Below, in pieces: positions 1-9,155 of a stretch of DNA of 64,000 nt; the first letter of the stretch is position 1; each line of letters begins with the position of its first letter. This stretch comes from Anaeromyxobacteraceae bacterium. GTDB lineage: Bacteria > Myxococcota > Myxococcia > Myxococcales > Anaeromyxobacteraceae. Both the position numbers and the translations under genes were made by a program. Location of the stretch: positions 3,424,001 to 3,488,000 of the forward strand of contig JASGHJ010000002.1 in NCBI GenBank assembly GCA_047602405.1, given 5' to 3'. The notes under the pieces were generated by a model that saw only the letters and a list, made by a program, of their open reading frames with translations, was not told the origin of the DNA and made no database searches.

Positions 1-3000
1 GGCCACGGGCTACCACGTCGCCACCATCACCGTGGACGGCGCCGCCGTCGCCGTCGCGTCGAGCTACGCGTTCACGAACGTCACGGCGAACCACTCCATC
101 GCGGTCACCTTCGCGCTCGACACCTTCACCATCACCGCCTCGGCCGGCGCGAACGGCTCCATCTCGCCGAGCGGCGCGGTGGGCGTGAGCTACGGCGGCA
201 CCCAGACCTTCACCTTCACCCCGGCCACCGGCTACCACGTGGCCACGGTCACCGTGGACGGCTCCGCGGTCGCCGTCCCCTCGAGCTACGCCTTCACGAA
301 CGTCACCGCCAACCACTCCATCGTGGTGACCTTCGCGATCGACACCTTCACCATCACCGCCTCCGCCGGCCCGAACGGGAGCATCTCACCCTCCGGCGCG
401 GTCCCGGTGAACTACGGCGCGGCGCAGGTGTTCACCTTCACGCCCGCCGGCGGGTACCACGTGGCGGACGTGCTCGTGGACGGCTTCTCCATCGGCGCGG
501 TGACGAGCTACACGTTCACCCTCGTCACCTCGGCGCACACCATCACGGTCTCGTTCGCCATCAACACCTACACGATCACGCCGAGCGTCACCGGCGCGAA
601 CGGGACCATCTCGCCGTCGACCGCGCAGATGGTGAACCACGGCTCGAGCGCCACCTTCACCTTCACCCCGAGCACCGGCTACCACGTGGCGAGCGTCACC
701 GTGGACGGCGTCGCCGCCGCCGTCGGCCCGAGCTACACGTTCACCGCGGTCGCGGCGAACCACTCCATCGCGGTGAGCTTCGCGATCGACACCTTCACGC
801 TCACGCCGAGCGCCGGGGCGAACGGCGCGATCGCGCCCGCCACCGCGCAGATCGTCAGCTACGGCGGCAGCCTCACCTTCACGATCACCCCGGCGACCGG
901 CCACCACGTCGCGACGCTCACCGTCGACGGGGTCGCCGTCGCGATCGCCTCGAGCTACACCTTCACGAACGTCACCGCGAGTCACACGCTCGCGGCCACC
1001 TTCGCCATCGACACCTTCACCATCACCGCCTCCGCGGGCGCGAACGGCGCCATCGCGCCGAGCGGGGCGGTGATCGTGAACCACGGCGCGAGCCAGGCGT
1101 TCACGCTCACGCCCGCGGCCGGCTACCGGGTCGCGACGCTCACCGTGGACGGCACCGCGGTCGCGGCCGCCACGGGCTACACGTTCACGAACGTCACGGC
1201 CAGCCACACCATCGCCGGGACCTTCACGAAGGCGAACGGGACGGCCTGCGCGGCCGCCGCCGAGTGCGGCTCGGGCCTGTGCGTCGACGGCGTGTGCTGC
1301 GACCTCGCCTGCGGCGGGCAGTGCCAGGCCTGCGACGTCGCGGGCAAGGGGGGCACCTGCTCGGCGGTGACCGGCGCCCCCCACGGCACCCGCGCGGCCT
1401 GCGTCACCGACGGCACGACGTGCGGCGGCAGCTGCGACGGCACGCTCGCGACGGCCTGCACCTACCCCACGAGCTCCTGCCGGACGGCGAGCTGCGCGGC
1501 CGGCGTGGCGACGCTCGCGGCCGCCTGCGACGGCGCCGGGCGCTGCCCTGCGCTCCAGACGGTCACCTGCGCGCCGTTCACCTGCGGCCCGACCGCGTGC
1601 GCGGGCGACTGCACCGTCGACGCGAACTGCTCGACGAGCGCGTACTGCGCCGCCGGCGTCTGCACGCCCAAGAAGGTGGCGGGCCTCGCCTGCGGCGGCG
1701 CGAACCAGTGCTCGAGCGGGTTCTGCGTGGACGGCGTCTGCTGCAACGGCACGTGCGACAGGCAGTGCCAGGCGTGCGACGTCGCCGGCAAGGTCGGCAC
1801 CTGCTCCGCGGTCACCGGCGCGCCGCACGGCGCGCGCGCGGCCTGCGCGAGCGACGGCTCGACGTGCGGCGGCGCCTGCGACGGCTCCGTCACCACCGCG
1901 TGCGCGTTCCCCACCTCCACCTGCCGCGCCGCGTCCTGCGCCGACGGGACCGCGACGATCGCCGCGGCGTGCGACGGCGCCGGCCACTGCCCGGCGGTGC
2001 AGACGGTCGCCTGCGCGCCGTACGTCTGTGGCCCGACCGCCTGCGCGGGCGGCTGCACCGGCGACGACGCGTGCGTCTCGACGAGCTTCTGCGGCGGCGG
2101 GGTCTGCAGGCCGAAGTTGCAGCTCGGCCTCGCCTGCGGCCGCGACGGCGAGTGCGCCGGGGGCCGCTGCGTGGATGGCGTCTGCTGCGACGGCGTGTGC
2201 GACGGGCAGTGCGAGGCCTGCAATCTGCAGGGCCAGCTCGGCGCCTGCAAGGCCGTCGCGGGCGCCCCGCACGGCGGCCGCCCCGCCTGCGCCTCCGACG
2301 GGACGCTCTGCGGCGGCGCCTGCGACGCGACGCTGCGCACCGCCTGCGCGTTCCCGGGCGCGCTCACCTCCTGCCGCGACGCCTCCTGCGACGGTGGCGT
2401 CGCCACGCTCGCCGCGGTCTGCGACGGCGCCGGCCACTGCCCGGCGGTCGAGACCCGCCTCTGTGAGCCGTACGTCTGCGGCCCCACCGCGTGCGCCGGA
2501 GACTGCGCCGGCGACGCCCACTGCGTGGAGGGCGACTGGTGCTCGGCGGGCGTGTGCGCGCCGCGTGGCGCCGACGGCGCGGGCTGCGGCGTGGCGAACG
2601 CGTGCGCGTCGGGCATCTGCGTCGCCGGGACCTGCTGCCACTCCGACTGCCCCGGCCCGGACCAGGCCTGCAACCTCCCAGGCCACCAGGGCACCTGCAC
2701 GGCGCTCGCGGCGGTCGGATGCCGGGCCGACGCCGACTGCCCCTCGGACGCGTTCTGCCTGGCCGGCGCCTGCCACCCGCGCGACGACGGCGCCGCCTTC
2801 CGGGTCGGCGGCTCGGGCGGCTGCGCGTCCACCGGCGCAAGCGACGCCGCCCCGCCGGTCCTCGCGCTGCTCGCGCTCCTCGGGCTGCGCCGCCGGCGGC
2901 GCGCGGGCCAGGCGCTGCTCGCCGTCGCCGGGCTCGCCCTCGCGGGCGCGGCCTCGGCGCAGACCGCCGCCCAGGGCGGCTTCGTGGTCGACCGGTTCCA

Positions 3001-4324
3001 GCCGCGCTTCGGCGCCGCCGACGTCCTCGCGGTGGAGTCGCCGTCGGTGCCCGGGACGCACCTGCAGGTCGGGGCCGGGCTGTGGCTCGACTTCGCGGAC
3101 CGGCCGCTGCGCCTCTGGGCGAAGGACGCCGCCTCCTACGAGGTCGCGCTCGTGTCGAACCAGGCCGTGGCGAACCTCGGGGCCTCGGTCGCGCTCCGGG
3201 GGAGGTACGAGCTCGCGCTCGCGATCCCCGCGACGCTCGCGCAGTCCGGCGAGCGGACCGCGGCGTTCACCGGGCTGCCCGAGCCCACGTCCGGCGCCGC
3301 CCTCTCGGACGTCCGCCTCTCCGGGAAGGCGCGCCTGTGGCGGCTCGGCCCCGTGACGCTCGGCGCCGGGCTGGCGCTCTCCCTGCCGACCGGCAGCGGC
3401 GCGTACCGCGCCGCGACCGGCCCGACCGCGGGCGCGACCGCGCTCGCCGAGTGGACGCGCGGCCGCCTCCGCGTGCTCGGGAACGCCGGCGTCGTCGGGC
3501 GTCGGAAGCAGCAGCTCCTCGACCTCACCGTGTCCTCGGCGGTCGCGCTCGCCGCCGCCGCGGAGTGGCGCTTCTCGCCTGCGCTCTCGGGCCTCGCCGC
3601 CCTGAACGCGGAGGCCGGGCTCGGGGGCGGCGGAGCGGCCTGGCCAGCCGAGGCGCAGCTCGCGCTGCGCTGGGACGGCCCGCGCGGGCTCGTGCTCACC
3701 GCCGGCGCCGGGGCCGGGCTGACGAGCGGCTTCGGCGCGCCGCGCTGGCGGGGGCTCGCGGCCATCGCGTTCTCCCCGGCGTGGCCCCGCCCGCGGGATC
3801 CGGACGAGATCGTGGCGTTGCCCGCGCCCGCCGCGCCCGAGGCCGGACCACCCCCGGCGCCGGTCCCGGGGCCGCCGCCGTCGGCCGTCGCGCCGCCCGA
3901 GCACCCCCTCGACCTCACCCACATCGACCCGCCCCGGCCCTCGCCCGGCGTGAAGGCGCTCCTCCACGGCTGGCGCATCGTGCTCTTCGAGCAGGTGCAG
4001 TTCGCCCCCGGGCGCGAGGCGCTCCTGCCCGCCTCGGGCGAGCTCCTCCGCCAGGTGGCGCAGATCCTCAAGGACAACCCGCAGATCCGGTTCGTGCAGA
4101 TCGAGGGGCACACCGACGACTCGGGCGAGCTCGTCGCGAATGAGCGGCTCTCCCAGCGCCGGGCCGAGAAGGTGCGGGACTTCCTCGTGGGCGTCGGCGT
4201 CGCCGCCGGCCGCCTCGAGCCGCGGGGCTTCGGCCCGACCCGGCCCATCGCGCCGAACGACACGTCCGAGGGGCGCGCCCAGAACCGCCGGGTCGAGTTC
4301 GTGATCCTCGAGACCAGCCGGTAG
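1..4324 (+). CDS. Large surface protein, 5'-truncated: InlB-B-like beta repeats + Cys-rich repeats + internal MYXO-CTERM-like motif + OM beta-barrel + OmpA-like C-terminal domain
   Basis: Frame is open from base 2. Five full plus one partial ~75-aa repeats (TFTITASAGANG...TPATGYHV...VDG...YTFTNVTANHSI), then 3+ ~150-aa Cys-rich repeats (CVDGVCC), GGC-hydrophobic-RRRRR, and the OmpA motifs IEGHTD...LSQRRA...NRRVEF. Confidence 0.85.
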   Translation, partial: ATGYHVATITVDGAAVAVASSYAFTNVTANHSIAVTFALDTFTITASAGANGSISPSGAVGVSYGGTQTFTFTPATGYHVATVTVDGSAVAVPSSYAFTNVTANHSIVVTFAIDTFTITASAGPNGSISPSGAVPVNYGAAQVFTFTPAGGYHVADVLVDGFSIGAVTSYTFTLVTSAHTITVSFAINTYTITPSVTGANGTISPSTAQMVNHGSSATFTFTPSTGYHVASVTVDGVAAAVGPSYTFTAVAANHSIAVSFAIDTFTLTPSAGANGAIAPATAQIVSYGGSLTFTITPATGHHVATLTVDGVAVAIASSYTFTNVTASHTLAATFAIDTFTITASAGANGAIAPSGAVIVNHGASQAFTLTPAAGYRVATLTVDGTAVAAATGYTFTNVTASHTIAGTFTKANGTACAAAAECGSGLCVDGVCCDLACGGQCQACDVAGKGGTCSAVTGAPHGTRAACVTDGTTCGGSCDGTLATACTYPTSSCRTASCAAGVATLAAACDGAGRCPALQTVTCAPFTCGPTACAGDCTVDANCSTSAYCAAGVCTPKKVAGLACGGANQCSSGFCVDGVCCNGTCDRQCQACDVAGKVGTCSAVTGAPHGARAACASDGSTCGGACDGSVTTACAFPTSTCRAASCADGTATIAAACDGAGHCPAVQTVACAPYVCGPTACAGGCTGDDACVSTSFCGGGVCRPKLQLGLACGRDGECAGGRCVDGVCCDGVCDGQCEACNLQGQLGACKAVAGAPHGGRPACASDGTLCGGACDATLRTACAFPGALTSCRDASCDGGVATLAAVCDGAGHCPAVETRLCEPYVCGPTACAGDCAGDAHCVEGDWCSAGVCAPRGADGAGCGVANACASGICVAGTCCHSDCPGPDQACNLPGHQGTCTALAAVGCRADADCPSDAFCLAGACHPRDDGAAFRVGGSGGCASTGASDAAPPVLALLALLGLRRRRRAGQALLAVAGLALAGAASAQTAAQGGFVVDRFQPRFGAADVLAVESPSVPGTHLQVGAGLWLDFADRPLRLWAKDAASYEVALVSNQAVANLGASVALRGRYELALAIPATLAQSGERTAAFTGLPEPTSGAALSDVRLSGKARLWRLGPVTLGAGLALSLPTGSGAYRAATGPTAGATALAEWTRGRLRVLGNAGVVGRRKQQLLDLTVSSAVALAAAAEWRFSPALSGLAALNAEAGLGGGGAAWPAEAQLALRWDGPRGLVLTAGAGAGLTSGFGAPRWRGLAAIAFSPAWPRPRDPDEIVALPAPAAPEAGPPPAPVPGPPPSAVAPPEHPLDLTHIDPPRPSPGVKALLHGWRIVLFEQVQFAPGREALLPASGELLRQVAQILKDNPQIRFVQIEGHTDDSGELVANERLSQRRAEKVRDFLVGVGVAAGRLEPRGFGPTRPIAPNDTSEGRAQNRRVEFVILETSR

Positions 4325-4352
4325 CGCTGCCGCCCGGCCCCCCGCGCCAGCT

Positions 4353-4964
4353 TCACCTGGAGTCGACGGCGGCCGGCGGATGCGCCGGCAGGAGGAGATC
4401 CTCCAGGAAGAACGCGGCGAGCTCGGCCCGGCCGGAGAGGCCCGCCTTGCGGTAGACCGCGAGCGCCTGCTGGCGCACGGTGCGCTCGCTCGTCTCGCGG
4501 ACCTCGGCGATCTGCTTCGTGGGCAGGCCCTTGAGCAGGAGCAGCGCGACCTCCGCCTCCGCGGAGGAGAGCCCCCAGCGCTCGAACTGGCGCTCTATCG
4601 CGGCCGCGAGGCCGCGCATGGCCTCGCCGGACTCGGTGCGGAAGCGGTCGAGGTCCTCGCGCGCGCGGTCGAGCTCCGTGCGCACCCGGGTGAGCCGGGC
4701 GTCGAGCGCGGACGCGCGGCGCCGGAGCGCCCGCAGCCTGAGCCAGAGGAAGAGGGCGCCCGCCACCGCCAGCGCCATCGAGGCGGCCTCGACGAGCACG
4801 TGCTGGACCGGGCTCCCCGCGCGGAGGTCCGAGACCACGTCTCCGGCGATGAGGACGGTCACGATGACGAGGAGGACGGCGGGAACGGCGAGGACGGAGG
4901 GGCGGAGCGACTCCTCCTCGTCCTGCAAGATGTCGGGATCTGTGGAGGAAATGGGCTGTGTCAT
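4353..4964 (-). CDS. Membrane-anchored LuxR-family HTH transcriptional regulator
   Basis: Two N-terminal TM segments, a coiled coil, and a C-terminal LuxR HTH (LSSAEAEVALLLLKGLPTKQIAEVRETSERTVR). Confidence 0.85.
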   Translation of the reverse strand: MTQPISSTDPDILQDEEESLRPSVLAVPAVLLVIVTVLIAGDVVSDLRAGSPVQHVLVEAASMALAVAGALFLWLRLRALRRRASALDARLTRVRTELDRAREDLDRFRTESGEAMRGLAAAIERQFERWGLSSAEAEVALLLLKGLPTKQIAEVRETSERTVRQQALAVYRKAGLSGRAELAAFFLEDLLLPAHPPAAVDSR

Positions 4965-5041
4965 CTGTCGGATGGCGCGGGACCTCGCCCGGACGCTAAC
5001 GATGGCGCGTTGCCGGGACCACCGCGCCCGAGGAGATCGAG

Positions 5042-5537
5042 ATGCAGACCGTACCGCTCCACCCCGCCATCGTCCACGTGCCGCTCGGGCTGGCCTTCGT
5101 CATCCCGCTCGTCGCCGCCGCGATCGCCGTCGCCGTCCAGCGGCAGCGGCTCCCCCGCAGCGCCCTCGCGGTCGTCGTGGGCCTGCAGCTGGTGGTCGCC
5201 GGAGGCGGGTTCGTGGCCATGGCCGTCGGCGACCGCGAGGCACACCGCGTCGAGGCCGTCGTGGGCGAGCCGGCCGTGGAGGTCCACGAGGAGCGCGCCG
5301 AGCTCTTCGTCTGGTCCTCGGTCGCGGTCCTCGTCGCGGCCACGGCGCTCCTCGTCGTGCCCGCTCGCGCGCTCGGCGCGCTCTCCGCTGCCGTGGTCAT
5401 CGGCTCCGCCGGCGTCGCCGCGCTCGGCGTCCGCGCCGGCCACGCCGGCGGACAGAATCGTCTACACGCACGGCGGCGCCGCCGCGTTCGGCGCGCGTGC
5501 TCCGCCCGCCGCCGTCGCCGCCGAGCACGACGACTGA
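5042..5537 (+). CDS. DUF2231-like membrane protein (apparent frameshift at ~5456)
   Basis: Starts LHPAIVHVPLG and has 4 TM segments. Removing one A at 5455-5459 restores GHAGGQIVYTHGG and a stop at 5537. Confidence 0.7.
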
Positions 5538-5690
5538 ACGTTCGAGGCCTCCCGCGAGCGCCACCCCGGCCGCCCCCTCCTCCCCCTTGGAACGCGGTCG
5601 GGGTGGCCTCGCGGGTCTTCAACCGCGCGCGATTTCCTTGCGCCCCGGACCTCCCGGCGGTTCTCTTTCGAGGACACCCGGAGGTCACCC

Positions 5691-6698
5691 GTGCGCGAAG
5701 CGTTCACGTTCGACGACGTGCTGCTCGTCCCCGCCTACAACCACTACGAGTCGCGCCAGCACGTCGACACGTCCATGACCGACCGGACGGGCAAGCTGTC
5801 GCTCGAGCTCCCGGTGATGACGGCGAACATGGACACCGTCACCGAGTCGGGGATGGCGAACTTCATCTCCGGGAAGGGCGGCATCGGGGTGCTGCACCGC
5901 CTCATGTCCGTCGAGCGCAACGTCGAGGAGTTCCGGCGCTGCACCTCGCCGGTGTTCGTCTCGGTGGGCACGAGCCAGGAAGAGCTGACCCGCGCCGAGG
6001 CGCTGCGCGACGCGGGCGCCACGCACTTCGTCGTGGACGTCGCCCACGGCCACGCGCGCTACGTCGGCAAGACCCTCAAGAAGCTGCGCGCGATGCTCCC
6101 CCAGGCCTGCCTCATGGCCGGCAACGTCGCGACCTACGCCGGCGCGGACTTCCTCGCCTCCGTCGGCGCGGACATCGTGAAGGTCGGCATCGGGCCGGGC
6201 AGCGTGTGCACGACGCGGGTGAAGACCGGCCACGGCGTGCCGCAGCTCACCGCGATCCAGGACTGCGCGCGCTGCGACCGCTCCATCGTCGCCGACGGCG
6301 GCATCCGCTACGCGGGCGACGTCGTGAAGGCGCTCGCGTTCGGCGCGGACTTCGTGATGATCGGCGGCATGCTCGCCGGCACGCGGCCCACCCCGGGCGA
6401 GCGCCACCAGGACGCGAAGGGCGAGTGGGTGAAGACCTACCGCGGCATGGCGAGCCGCGAGGTCGCCGACGAGCACCACGGCGGCATCGCCGAGTGGAAG
6501 ACCGCCGAGGGCGTCGCGGTGACGGTGCCCTACCGCGAGGACGAGGACCTCATCCTCGCCGACCTCGTGGGCGGGCTCCGCTCTGGCCTCACCTACGCCG
6601 GCGCGCGCACGGTGAAGGAGCTGCAGCGCAAGCTCAACTACGTCGTGATCACGCCGAGCGGCTGGCGCGAGAGCATGCCGCACAAGCTGATGCTCTGA
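5691..6698 (+). CDS. guaC: GMP reductase (IMPDH/GMPR family, no CBS domains)
   Basis: [33 protein letters not shown]. The flap [23 protein letters not shown] resembles GuaC rather than GuaB. Confidence 0.75.
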   Translation: MREAFTFDDVLLVPAYNHYESRQHVDTSMTDRTGKLSLELPVMTANMDTVTESGMANFISGKGGIGVLHRLMSVERNVEEFRRCTSPVFVSVGTSQEELTRAEALRDAGATHFVVDVAHGHARYVGKTLKKLRAMLPQACLMAGNVATYAGADFLASVGADIVKVGIGPGSVCTTRVKTGHGVPQLTAIQDCARCDRSIVADGGIRYAGDVVKALAFGADFVMIGGMLAGTRPTPGERHQDAKGEWVKTYRGMASREVADEHHGGIAEWKTAEGVAVTVPYREDEDLILADLVGGLRSGLTYAGARTVKELQRKLNYVVITPSGWRESMPHKLML

Positions 6699-6699
6699 G

Positions 6700-7407
6700 T
6701 CACGGGGCGGCGGGCAGCTGGCCCGGGGCGGCCTTCCGCGGCCACGCGGGCGTGACGACGCCCAGCGAGACCACGAGCCGGAAGGCCTCGTCGACGGTCA
6801 TCTCGAGCGGCACCACGTCGGCCCGCGGGACCATGAACACGAAGCCCGAGGTCGGGTTCGGCGTCGTGGGCACGAACACGCTCACGAGGTCCTGCCCCGT
6901 CCGCGCGCGCACCTCGGCGAGCTCGGCGCCGGTGACGAACGCGATCGCCCGGGCGCCCGGGTGGGGGAAGGGCACCAGCACCACCTCGCGGAACGACTTC
7001 GACGACGGCGAGAGCACCGTCTCGGCGAGCTGCTTCGAGCCGCGGTAGATCGGCCCCACGAACGGCACCCGCGCGAGCAGGCCCTCGGCGCCCGCGACGA
7101 GCGACCGGCCGACGAGGTTCGCGAGCAGCGCACCCGTGCCGAGGAGCACGAGCCCGGTGACGATGATGCCGAGGCCGGGGATGGGGAAGCCGAGGACCGC
7201 CTCGGGCCGCCACGACTGCGGGAGCAGGAGCAGCACCGAGTCCACGAGGTCCACGAACACCTTGAGGACGAACCACGTCACGAGGAGCGGGACCCAGACG
7301 AGCAGGCCGGTGACGAGGTAGGTGCGCACGCCCGGCCTCGACGGCGCGGCGGGCTCTTCGTGGTCGATCACGGGGCGACTCTCCACGGATGGGGGCGCGT
7401 TGTCCAC
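6700..7407 (-). CDS. DUF502 family membrane protein
   Basis: TGLLVWVPL...TWFV, IYRGSKQL, VFVPTTPNPTSGF, MTVDEAFRLVVSLG. Confidence 0.85.
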   Translation of the reverse strand: MDNAPPSVESRPVIDHEEPAAPSRPGVRTYLVTGLLVWVPLLVTWFVLKVFVDLVDSVLLLLPQSWRPEAVLGFPIPGLGIIVTGLVLLGTGALLANLVGRSLVAGAEGLLARVPFVGPIYRGSKQLAETVLSPSSKSFREVVLVPFPHPGARAIAFVTGAELAEVRARTGQDLVSVFVPTTPNPTSGFVFMVPRADVVPLEMTVDEAFRLVVSLGVVTPAWPRKAAPGQLPAAP

Positions 7408-7514
7408 CCGAACCGGCGGTCTGCCGCCGGCAGCGAGGACCGTGCGTCACGCCTCGGGATCGAGTCGTACCTGGCGTTCTGATCCGGGTAGCGAGCCCCT
7501 CTCGCTCCCCGCCG

Positions 7515-8129
7515 CTACAGCGCCACGAGGCCCATCCTGGCCGCCTGCACGATCGCCTCCGCGCGGGAGCCTGCGCCGAGCTTCGCCAGGATCGCGTTCA
7601 CGTGGAACTTCGCGGTGTGATCGGACACGCCGAGCCGCGCGGCGATGGCCTTGTTGCCGAGGCCCTCGGCGAGGAGTGCGAGGACCTCGCGCTCGCGCGG
7701 CGTGAGGCCCTCACCCGCGGCGGCGGGGCCGGGCGGGCGGAGCCAGGCGTCGGCGAGCTCGGGGTCGAGCACGGCGAGGCCGCGCGCGGCGGCGACGAGC
7801 GCGGAGGAGACGACGTCGGCCGCCGCGCCGCGCAGGAGCACCGAGCGGGCGCCGGCCCTGAGCGCGTCGGCGGCGTCGGTGGCGGTGGCGGCGAGGGCCA
7901 CGGAGGGGATCGGGGAGGACGCGAGGCCCTCCGCCTGGAGCTGGGCGCCCCCGCCCGCCCCGAGATCCCGGAGCGCGACGGCTGCGCCGCTGGACGCCGC
8001 CGCCCGCGCGGCCTCCTCCGGTCCCGCCTCGCCGACCACGCGGAGCTCCTCGCGCGTGGCGAGCATCGCCGCGAGCCCGGCCCGCGCGAGCGGGTCCGGA
8101 CCGACGACGAGCACGGCCAGGCGGTCCAT
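7515..8129 (-). CDS. NarL/LuxR-family response regulator with degenerate receiver domain
   Basis: ATG at 8129 (MDRLAVLVVGPDPLARAGL); C-terminal LTPREREVLALLAEGLGNKAIAARLGVSDHTAKFHV. Confidence 0.85.
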   Translation of the reverse strand: MDRLAVLVVGPDPLARAGLAAMLATREELRVVGEAGPEEAARAAASSGAAVALRDLGAGGGAQLQAEGLASSPIPSVALAATATDAADALRAGARSVLLRGAAADVVSSALVAAARGLAVLDPELADAWLRPPGPAAAGEGLTPREREVLALLAEGLGNKAIAARLGVSDHTAKFHVNAILAKLGAGSRAEAIVQAARMGLVAL

Positions 8130-8163
8130 CCTCGTCCATGTAACGCACGATCCGGGGCTGTCC

Positions 8164-8183
8164 ACCTGCCCGAACGGACAGGT
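8164..8183. promoter_or_regulatory. 20-bp lux-box-like palindromic operator
   Basis: ACCTGCCCG-AA-CGGACAGGT (8 of 9 arm bases pair), between the divergent LuxR regulator and the protease pair. Confidence 0.6.
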
Positions 8184-8240
8184 CCCGCCCTGGCCCTCTC
8201 GCCGATGGCACGACCCGCGGCGCCCCGTAGAACCCGGGCC

Positions 8241-9155
8241 ATGAACACGAACCCCGATCCGCTGGCCGCCCTCTCCTCCCGCGTCGCCGAGGTCGTCGCC
8301 GCCCGGTCCGCCCACGTCCTGCGCGTCGACGGCCGTCGCCGCGCCCCCGCGAGCGGCGTCGCCTGGAGGGAGGACCTCGTCCTCACCACCCACCACGCGC
8401 TCGAGCGCGACGAGGAGGTCGAGCTCGGCCTGCCCGACGGCTCGACCGCCGCCGCCGAGGTCGCGGGCCGCGATCCCACGACCGACCTCGCCCTCCTGCG
8501 CGTCGCGGGCGCGGGGCTCACCCCGGCGCCGTTCGCCGACGCGGCCGGCCTCGGGGCCGGGCACCTCGTCCTCGCCGTCACGCGGCCGGGCAAGAGCCCG
8601 CGCGCCGACCTCGGCGTCCTCGCCCGCGCCGCCGGCGAGTGGCGCGGCCCAGCGGGTGGCAAGCTCGACCGCTGGCTCGAGACCTCGCTCCCGCTCCACC
8701 CCGGCCTCTCGGGCGGCCTCGCGCTCTCCGCGGCCGGCGAGCCCGTCGGGCTCCTCACGGCCGGGCTCGCGCGCGGCGTCGCGATGATCCTGCCCGCCGA
8801 GACGCTCCGGCGCGTGGCCGGCGCGCTCGCCGAGCACGGCGGCGTGCGGCGCGGCTACCTCGGCGTCTCGACGTACCCGGTCCGCCTCCCGCCGCCGGTC
8901 GCGACCGCCGCCAACCAGTACGGCGCGCTCCTCGTCTCGGCGGTCGAGCCGGGCAGCCCGGCCGCGCAGGCCGGGCTCCTCCTCGGGGACGCGCTCCTCA
9001 CGCTCGGCGGCGAGGAGGTGGCCGACCTCGGGGATCTGCTGCCGCTCCTCGAGGCGGAGCGCATCGGCACGACGCTCCGGGTGAAGCTGCTCCGGGCCGG
9101 CGAGGTGCGCGAGCTCGACGTCACCGTCGGCGCGCGCGAGCGGAGGTCCGCGTGA
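8241..9155 (+). CDS. S1C (HtrA/DegP-like) serine protease with PDZ domain, no signal peptide
   Basis: LTTHH, DPTTDLALL, HPGLSGG, RRGYLGV and a PDZ domain. Confidence 0.85.
   Translation: MNTNPDPLAALSSRVAEVVAARSAHVLRVDGRRRAPASGVAWREDLVLTTHHALERDEEVELGLPDGSTAAAEVAGRDPTTDLALLRVAGAGLTPAPFADAAGLGAGHLVLAVTRPGKSPRADLGVLARAAGEWRGPAGGKLDRWLETSLPLHPGLSGGLALSAAGEPVGLLTAGLARGVAMILPAETLRRVAGALAEHGGVRRGYLGVSTYPVRLPPPVATAANQYGALLVSAVEPGSPAAQAGLLLGDALLTLGGEEVADLGDLLPLLEAERIGTTLRVKLLRAGEVRELDVTVGARERRSA

Noticed and set aside
386..4111. 1241-aa antisense ORF (and similar ones: 12348-16052, 43752-47489, 48963-53582)
   Set aside because: Shadow ORFs caused by stop-codon scarcity at high GC. They lie antisense or off-frame to genes with clear motifs; only the 3' end of 48963-53582 is a real ABC ATPase.
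5691..6698. guaB (IMP dehydrogenase) call
   Set aside because: Lacks CBS domains and the IMPDH flap Arg-Tyr; the flap looks GuaC-like.
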